Origin: Desulfotalea sp.
GTDB taxonomy: Bacteria > Desulfobacterota > Desulfobulbia > Desulfobulbales > Desulfocapsaceae
Length of the DNA stretch: 64,000 bases
Direction of reading: 5' to 3'
NCBI GenBank assembly: GCA_002733995.1
Contig: NVXR01000010.1
Location: 35,663-99,662, forward strand
The notes beneath the pieces are model-generated. The model did no database searches, had not been told where the DNA came from, and saw nothing but the letters and a program-made list of their open reading frames with translations. The translations under genes and the position numbers were made by a program. Of this stretch, positions 58,938 through 64,000 are shown piece by piece. The first letter of the stretch is position 1. Every line of letters begins with the position of its first letter.

Positions 58938-60405
58938 CGGTTTTTTCCTCCCTTATTTCCTGGGTCTGTTGTTGGGGTTTTGCATATTTTTCGTCCCATA
59001 TCTCAGCGAATGTCCGTTTGGCGATTGGCGGGAGGTCTCTGCTATCCGTCCAGCCGGCGGCAAGGCCTGTCATCCTTTGGATCATTCTATTTTTACCGAT
59101 AAATGGTTTTTGCAATAAGCGTACGGTTTTGATCATACGTCTGTATGCAGAACTGTGTGAAATGGCCCTTTGCCATGCCGCGTAGACATAGGATTCTGCG
59201 ACATTGTGCTGGCGTACATTCCAGTGGTTGTCCCCATAGGCAAGTTTATATCTTAGGGCACTGAGCATCCGGGGGAGGTCATTTCTTACCGGACAGACAT
59301 CGAGGCAAGCGCCACAGAGCGTCTCTCCTTTGCAGAGATCGGCGTGTTTGTTGATACCGTCGAGTAAGGGGGTGATAACTGCTCCGATGGGGCCTGGGTA
59401 GGTTGAGTTGTAGGCATGGCCTCCAATTTTACCGTAGACGGGGCAGATATTAAGGCAGGCGCCGCAGCGAATACAGGCAAGAGACTCGCGAAAGTCAGAG
59501 TCTTCGAGAATCTTTGAGCGCCCGTTATCGATGATTACAAGGTGAAATTCCTCTGGTCCGTCAGGGTCGTCTTTGCCCCTCGGTCCACCTGTAAAGCTGA
59601 CATAGGTTGAGAGCTTTTGCAGGGCGGCTCCCATGGTGAGGAGTTGAATGGTTTCCCGATGCTCATCCATGGTGGCAGTAACCCGCTCCATCCCCATGAG
59701 TGCAACATGTACCCTGGGCATGGTGGTGACCATTCGAATGTTGCCTTCATTGGAGACAATACTGATCTGGCCAGTTTCTGCGCAGGCAAGGTTGCAACCG
59801 GTGATTCCCATGTCGGCTGTGAGGAGCTCTTGCCGGAGTTCTTTCCGGGCGACCATTGTCAGTTTTTCCGGGTCTGTCGTAGGCTCAATGCCAAGCTTTT
59901 CTGTGAACAGTTGGCCGATGTCATTACGGTCCATATGGATACAGGGCGCGATAATGTGGGATGGTCGATCGTCGGCCAATTGGATGATATATTCGCCGAG
60001 ATCTGTTTCAATGACTTCAATTCCATCAGCCGCAAGGGCTTGGTCAATCTCAATTTCCATGGAGATCATCGATTTACCCTTTACTACCTTTCTCACTTTG
60101 TTTTTGCGGGCAACGTCGATGGTATAGTCGATAGCGTCTTGGCCGGATTGGGCGAAATACACTTTACCGCCACGTTTTCTTACATTTTCTGCAAGTTCCG
60201 CAAGAACAATGTCAAGATGGGCCAGGGTGCGCATCCGAGATTCTTTTACCCTGTCACGCATGCCCTGGTCCTCCAGCTCTTCCCAGACCTGCATGGCTCC
60301 CTTGCCAAAGCGTTCATAGAGGTTGTGAAGGTTCTTTTGCAGGGTGGGGGAGTCGATGGCTTTTTTTGCATCTTGGTTGTAGGTGGATCCTGTCTTTTGG
60401 CTCAT
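58930..60405 (-). CDS. lutB: Lactate utilization protein B (Fe-S, LUD domain)
   Basis: KGKSM, ETDLGEYIIQL, PSHIIAP, CIRCGACLNICPVY and CGACLDVCPV motifs. Confidence 0.95.
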   Translation of the reverse strand: MSQKTGSTYNQDAKKAIDSPTLQKNLHNLYERFGKGAMQVWEELEDQGMRDRVKESRMRTLAHLDIVLAELAENVRKRGGKVYFAQSGQDAIDYTIDVARKNKVRKVVKGKSMISMEIEIDQALAADGIEVIETDLGEYIIQLADDRPSHIIAPCIHMDRNDIGQLFTEKLGIEPTTDPEKLTMVARKELRQELLTADMGITGCNLACAETGQISIVSNEGNIRMVTTMPRVHVALMGMERVTATMDEHRETIQLLTMGAALQKLSTYVSFTGGPRGKDDPDGPEEFHLVIIDNGRSKILEDSDFRESLACIRCGACLNICPVYGKIGGHAYNSTYPGPIGAVITPLLDGINKHADLCKGETLCGACLDVCPVRNDLPRMLSALRYKLAYGDNHWNVRQHNVAESYVYAAWQRAISHSSAYRRMIKTVRLLQKPFIGKNRMIQRMTGLAAGWTDSRDLPPIAKRTFAEIWDEKYAKPQQQTQEIREEKTDD

Positions 60406-61145
60406 GACTGACCTCCGGATGTATTGGCAAGGAGTTCTGCGATATGTATCACCTCCACCTTCTCTCCGCGTCTTTTGAGGCGGCCCTGAATATTCATCAG
60501 GCAGCTGATGTCACAACCTGTTACCACATCCGCACCTGTAGCAAGGATGTTCTCGATCTTATCGTCCACCATTGCTGTTGAGATATCCGGATAACCCATG
60601 GCAAAGGTGCCACCGAAACCGCAACAGGTGTCACTGTTCTTCATCTCGATGAACTCGAGTCCGTTGATGTGGCGGAGGAGGGTGCGTGGCTGGGAGTTGA
60701 TGTTCAGCCCCCGTGTTAAATGACAGGAATCATGATAGGTGACCGAGCCGTTAAACTCCGCTCCTATGTCAGCTAGGTGTAGCTCGTCGACAAGGTACTG
60801 GGTGAACTCGAAAGTTTTTTTGCCAACGGCCTGGGCCCGGGCCAGCATCTCCGGGTCGTCGCTAAAGAGTTCGGGGTAATGATGACGAACCATGTGTACG
60901 CAGGAGCCTGATGGACAGACTATGATGTCTTCATTTTCAAATATTTCGATAAATCTCTTAGCAGCAACGGCCGCGTCTCTACGGTAGCCACTGTTAAAGG
61001 CGGGCTGGCCGCAACAGGTCTGCTGGGTTGGGTAGTCAAAGGGGATATCTAATCGTTGAAAAATGGCTACCATGGCCTCGGCTGTTTCCGGGAACATAGA
61101 GTCAACTAAGCATTGAATGAAAAGGGAAACTTTTTCTCCTGCCAT
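60402..61145 (-). CDS. lutA: Lactate utilization protein A (CCG domains)
   Basis: QTCCGQPAFNSG, PSGSC, YHDSCH, CCGFGGTF and DISCLMNI motifs. Confidence 0.95.
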   Translation of the reverse strand: MAGEKVSLFIQCLVDSMFPETAEAMVAIFQRLDIPFDYPTQQTCCGQPAFNSGYRRDAAVAAKRFIEIFENEDIIVCPSGSCVHMVRHHYPELFSDDPEMLARAQAVGKKTFEFTQYLVDELHLADIGAEFNGSVTYHDSCHLTRGLNINSQPRTLLRHINGLEFIEMKNSDTCCGFGGTFAMGYPDISTAMVDDKIENILATGADVVTGCDISCLMNIQGRLKRRGEKVEVIHIAELLANTSGGQS

Positions 61146-61559
61146 TGGTTCTCCTTAAAATATAACGAATGTTTCCAGTGAGACTCTCCATGAATGGCCA
61201 TGTCACTCAACTCTTCGCTGTTTTAAAGAAAATGATGCGCGCAACATCAGCTATAGGGCTGTGTTGGTTCTTTAAAATGCCTCGATTTGAGAGAGGGCTT
61301 TTCTTCTCGGACAGGCTGTTAGGCGTTGTTGCCCAGTCTTCGCTTATGGAGTGTACACCATACAAGGGAGGGCCGGGGGATTTTTGTAGACCGTCTCTGT
61401 AGAAGAGAGTTTGTATCTTCTTTTCTGCAGCAAACAGTACAACTACATTTTATACGACCCGAATGAAGTCACATAATCTTCTAGAAAGGTCAATAGTAAT
61501 GTTTCTTCTCCGCCTCGAATTTGTAAAACCGCAGATTGCTTGGGTGCTAGGGCGTAGAT

Positions 61560-61961
61560 TTATCTTGTAGGATACGCCTGTTTCCACTGTTCTGTCTGGA
61601 GTTTGTTATAATTTGCAAGGGCCTTGTAGAAGGCTCCAACAGCCAGTTCCGCACAGTGAAAGTGATCGTCGGGCAGGGTCTCGAGATAGTCCGCTACATT
61701 TTGAGGGGAGAGTTCCCAGCCGTCCTGTAAGGGTCTGCCTTCCATGAGATAAACAACGGTATTACCGCAGGCAACGGTATTGCTGCAGCCATTGACGGTG
61801 AAGGTGACCATTTGGATTTGCTTAGCACGGATGGAGAGATACATGTTTATGGTGTCTCCACATTCTCCGGTGCGACTCCCGAAACCGTCGGGATTTTCGA
61901 GTTGACCGTAACGATCTGACCGGCGTGCCATCATCTGAAATTTATCTTCCTGTTCTTGCAT
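61560..61961 (-). CDS. IscU/NifU N-terminal-like Fe-S scaffold protein
   Basis: Three conserved Cys: GECGD, GCSNTVAC and HCAELA. Confidence 0.88.
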   Translation of the reverse strand: MQEQEDKFQMMARRSDRYGQLENPDGFGSRTGECGDTINMYLSIRAKQIQMVTFTVNGCSNTVACGNTVVYLMEGRPLQDGWELSPQNVADYLETLPDDHFHCAELAVGAFYKALANYNKLQTEQWKQAYPTR

Positions 61962-62018
61962 TGTATTACCGTTATAGCCCCACCACGTAGAGTCGGAGGG
62001 GCAGTAGTTGTTGTGTTG

Positions 62019-63305
62019 TTATCGCTCGGTGAGGGGGACAAAGGAACGGGTTGTTTCGCCGGTGTAGATTTGACGAGGTCTGGAAATACGCTGATTGTGG
62101 TCGTGGAGTTCTTTCCAGTTGGCAATCCAGCCGGGCATTCTGCCTATGGCAAACATGACGGTGTACATCTTAAGTGGAATACCAATGGCCCGCAGGAGAA
62201 TTCCTGAGTAAAAATCTACATTAGGATAGAGATTCCTTGAGATAAAATAGTCATCCTTGAGGATGAATTCTTCAAGTTCAAGGGCAACGTCGAGGAGGTT
62301 GTCTTGTATGTTTAAAGCCTTTTGCACCTGATGAACCTGCTCCTTTAAGATGAGGGCGCGGGGGTCAAAGTTTTTATACACCCGGTGACCAAAGCCCATC
62401 AGTTTGAAGGGGTCGTTCTTGTCTTTTGCCTTATCGAGGTAATATCTCAATGGCCGGCCTGAATTTTTAATGTCTTCCAACATCATCATGACAGCAGTGT
62501 TTGCACCACCATGGAGAGGTCCCCACAGGGCGCACACGCCCGCCGAGATAGAGCTGAAAAGATTGGCTCTGGAGCTGCCAACAACGCGTACTGTTGATGT
62601 TGAACAGTTTTGTTCGTGGTCCGCATGTAGAATTAAAAAGAGGTTGAGGGCCCTGTCTACGACTGGAGACACCTCGTACTCTTGATGGGGATCTGAAAAC
62701 ATCATATGGAGGAAGTTGCCACAGTAGGAGAGGTTGGGGTTTGGGTGATTAATTGGTTTTCCTGCTGCCATGCGATAGGCAAACGCCGAAATAGTCCTGA
62801 CTTTTGAGAGGAGTAAGGATGCCGTTCTGTCAAATTCTTCTCCCGTGGTAGGCACTTCAAGGACCTCGGGGTGGAAACAGGAGACAAGATTGAGCATGGC
62901 TGAGAGGATCGCCATGGGGGGGGCTTCCCTGGGGAAACCAGAGAAGTGGTGTTCGAGGTTGGTGTGGAGTGGGGCATGTTCTTTCAAGCGTGCGGAGAAT
63001 TTTCTTAATTCTTGGGGGTTGGGAAGCTCTCCGTATAAAATGAGATATGCGGTCTCGGTGAAAGATGCTTTAGCGGCGACCTCTTCTATTGGATAACCCC
63101 TGTATTTTAAGATACCCTTGGCGCCATCTACGTAGGTGATTGAGGAGTAGCAGGAGCCGGTATTGCCAAATCCTGGGTCCATGGTGATTATACCGCTTTC
63201 CTTGCGCAGGTTTTGGATATCTATACAGGTTTCGTTTTCTGATCCGGTTATAACATCAAATTCATAACTTTTTCCGCCAACATTCAGTGTTGCTTTTTCA
63301 CTCAT
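62019..63305 (-). CDS. gltA: Citrate synthase (bacterial Si-type)
   Basis: DPGFGNT, YRGYPIE, HADHEQNCSTS, GPLHGGAN, MGFGHRVY and YPNVDFYSG motifs; start MSEK at 63305. Confidence 0.97.
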   Translation of the reverse strand: MSEKATLNVGGKSYEFDVITGSENETCIDIQNLRKESGIITMDPGFGNTGSCYSSITYVDGAKGILKYRGYPIEEVAAKASFTETAYLILYGELPNPQELRKFSARLKEHAPLHTNLEHHFSGFPREAPPMAILSAMLNLVSCFHPEVLEVPTTGEEFDRTASLLLSKVRTISAFAYRMAAGKPINHPNPNLSYCGNFLHMMFSDPHQEYEVSPVVDRALNLFLILHADHEQNCSTSTVRVVGSSRANLFSSISAGVCALWGPLHGGANTAVMMMLEDIKNSGRPLRYYLDKAKDKNDPFKLMGFGHRVYKNFDPRALILKEQVHQVQKALNIQDNLLDVALELEEFILKDDYFISRNLYPNVDFYSGILLRAIGIPLKMYTVMFAIGRMPGWIANWKELHDHNQRISRPRQIYTGETTRSFVPLTER

Positions 63306-63503
63306 AATGACTCCTAGCAGATTTTGTAAGCTATATTGTGGAAGCAATGAATGCACAAATAGCTGATAGTTACAGTTACTTGGGATGAAACATAGCTATA
63401 AAATAATAATTATTATTTAGGCTAATGCAACGAACAAATTATTTGAAGTGAAGACGTTTAAAACAGGCAGCGTGGTGTAACGATGTGTGATCGAGTGAGG
63501 AAA

Positions 63504-63533
63504 CCCGGAGATATCGTACGCATATCATCCGGG
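63504..63533. repeat. Intergenic hairpin with a GTAC-centred loop
   Basis: CCCGGA-GATAT-cgtacgc-ATATC-a-TCCGGG. Confidence 0.5.
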
Positions 63534-63659
63534 CTAGCCGATAGCTCCCATCAATTCAGGCGGTTCTAAGTACAAGGTTTTGTAACTATTCAGGTAGCTT
63601 TTCAGGATCTGCTCAGCCACCACCTGTAATTGTTTATGGGGAGTGTGAACTTTAGTATA

Positions 63660-64000
63660 CTACACTGAAAAAAGAATGTCTTTGTCAACAGCATTTGCCG
63701 CAGGGGTTCCCGTGAGGATCATGGTCTGCTGCAGTTCGGTCATGATGCTATCAATATATTTTTCAACACCATCTTGTAGGCCGCCAATGGCTGCTATAGC
63801 AAATGGTCGACCAATCATTACAGCATCTGCACCAAGTGCAAGGAGTTTGAGTACATCTCCACCGCTTCTAACACCGCCATCGGCGAGTATCGTTATTTTG
63901 CCCTTAACTGTGTCCGCAATATTTTCGAGTACATCGGCGCTACCAGGGGTGTGGTCAAGAACCCTGCCTCCGTGGTTGGAAACGACAATGGCATCGGCAC
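63660..64000 (-). CDS. FMN-dependent alpha-hydroxy-acid oxidase/dehydrogenase, C-terminal part (truncated by window edge)
   Basis: My translation: ADAIVVSNHGGRVLDHTPG...LADGGVRSGGDVLKLLALGADAVMIGRP...DILFSV*; stop at 63660-63662. Confidence 0.92.
   Translation of the reverse strand, partial: ADAIVVSNHGGRVLDHTPGSADVLENIADTVKGKITILADGGVRSGGDVLKLLALGADAVMIGRPFAIAAIGGLQDGVEKYIDSIMTELQQTMILTGTPAANAVDKDILFSV

Noticed and set aside
61233-61249. TGATG-N7-CATCA upstream of lutA as a fourth site of the gabT-arm motif
   Set aside because: The spacer is one base shorter than in the three gabT copies and no sigma-54 box is nearby.
1-64000. CRISPR arrays, tRNA/rRNA genes, intact transposases, integrases or prophage genes
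   Set aside because: No regularly spaced direct repeats, no tRNA/rRNA signatures and no such protein motifs were seen on reading the window.

Overview
Bacterial chromosomal window. The protein content (sigma-54 PAS/Fis regulators, TRAP transporter, Hyb-type hydrogenase, GcdA, tungsten-type AOR) resembles a sulfate-reducing deltaproteobacterium of the Desulfobulbales/Desulfocapsaceae type; this placement is inference. From left to right: (1) the end of a surface-polysaccharide cluster (DegT-family aminotransferase, split transketolase, priming sugar transferase); (2) an AT-rich accessory patch with a small secreted protein carrying an AB5-toxin-B-subunit-like motif, a stand-alone STN-domain protein and a possible decayed cohesin fragment; (3) a large glycoside-hydrolase-like protein, a DegQ-like protease and pta; (4) a complete [NiFe]-hydrogenase operon (S-L-cytochrome b, hypF-C-D-E, protease, hypA-B); (5) housekeeping genes (pcnB-like, FabK/NMO-like, hisS, aspS, TauE, PhnA); (6) a ~25 kb catabolic region made of two convergent arms. 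The plus arm is 2-oxoacid:ferredoxin oxidoreductase, bEBP, TIGR04076, gabT and AOR. The minus arm is bEBP, non-decarboxylating glutaryl-CoA dehydrogenase, GcdA, thiolase, thioesterase, EtfBA, IclR, GctAB, TRAP and USP. Together they suggest an anaerobic omega-amino-acid to glutarate to crotonyl-CoA route. Both sigma-54 promoters and their triplicated palindromic enhancer sites can be read directly from the sequence. (7) DMT and AI-2E transporters, lutABC, an IscU-like protein, citrate synthase and a truncated FMN alpha-hydroxy-acid oxidase. A dispersed MITE/REP-like repeat family with GTAACTATTCAG termini occurs in intergenic regions. I saw no rRNA, tRNA, CRISPR array or intact transposase.
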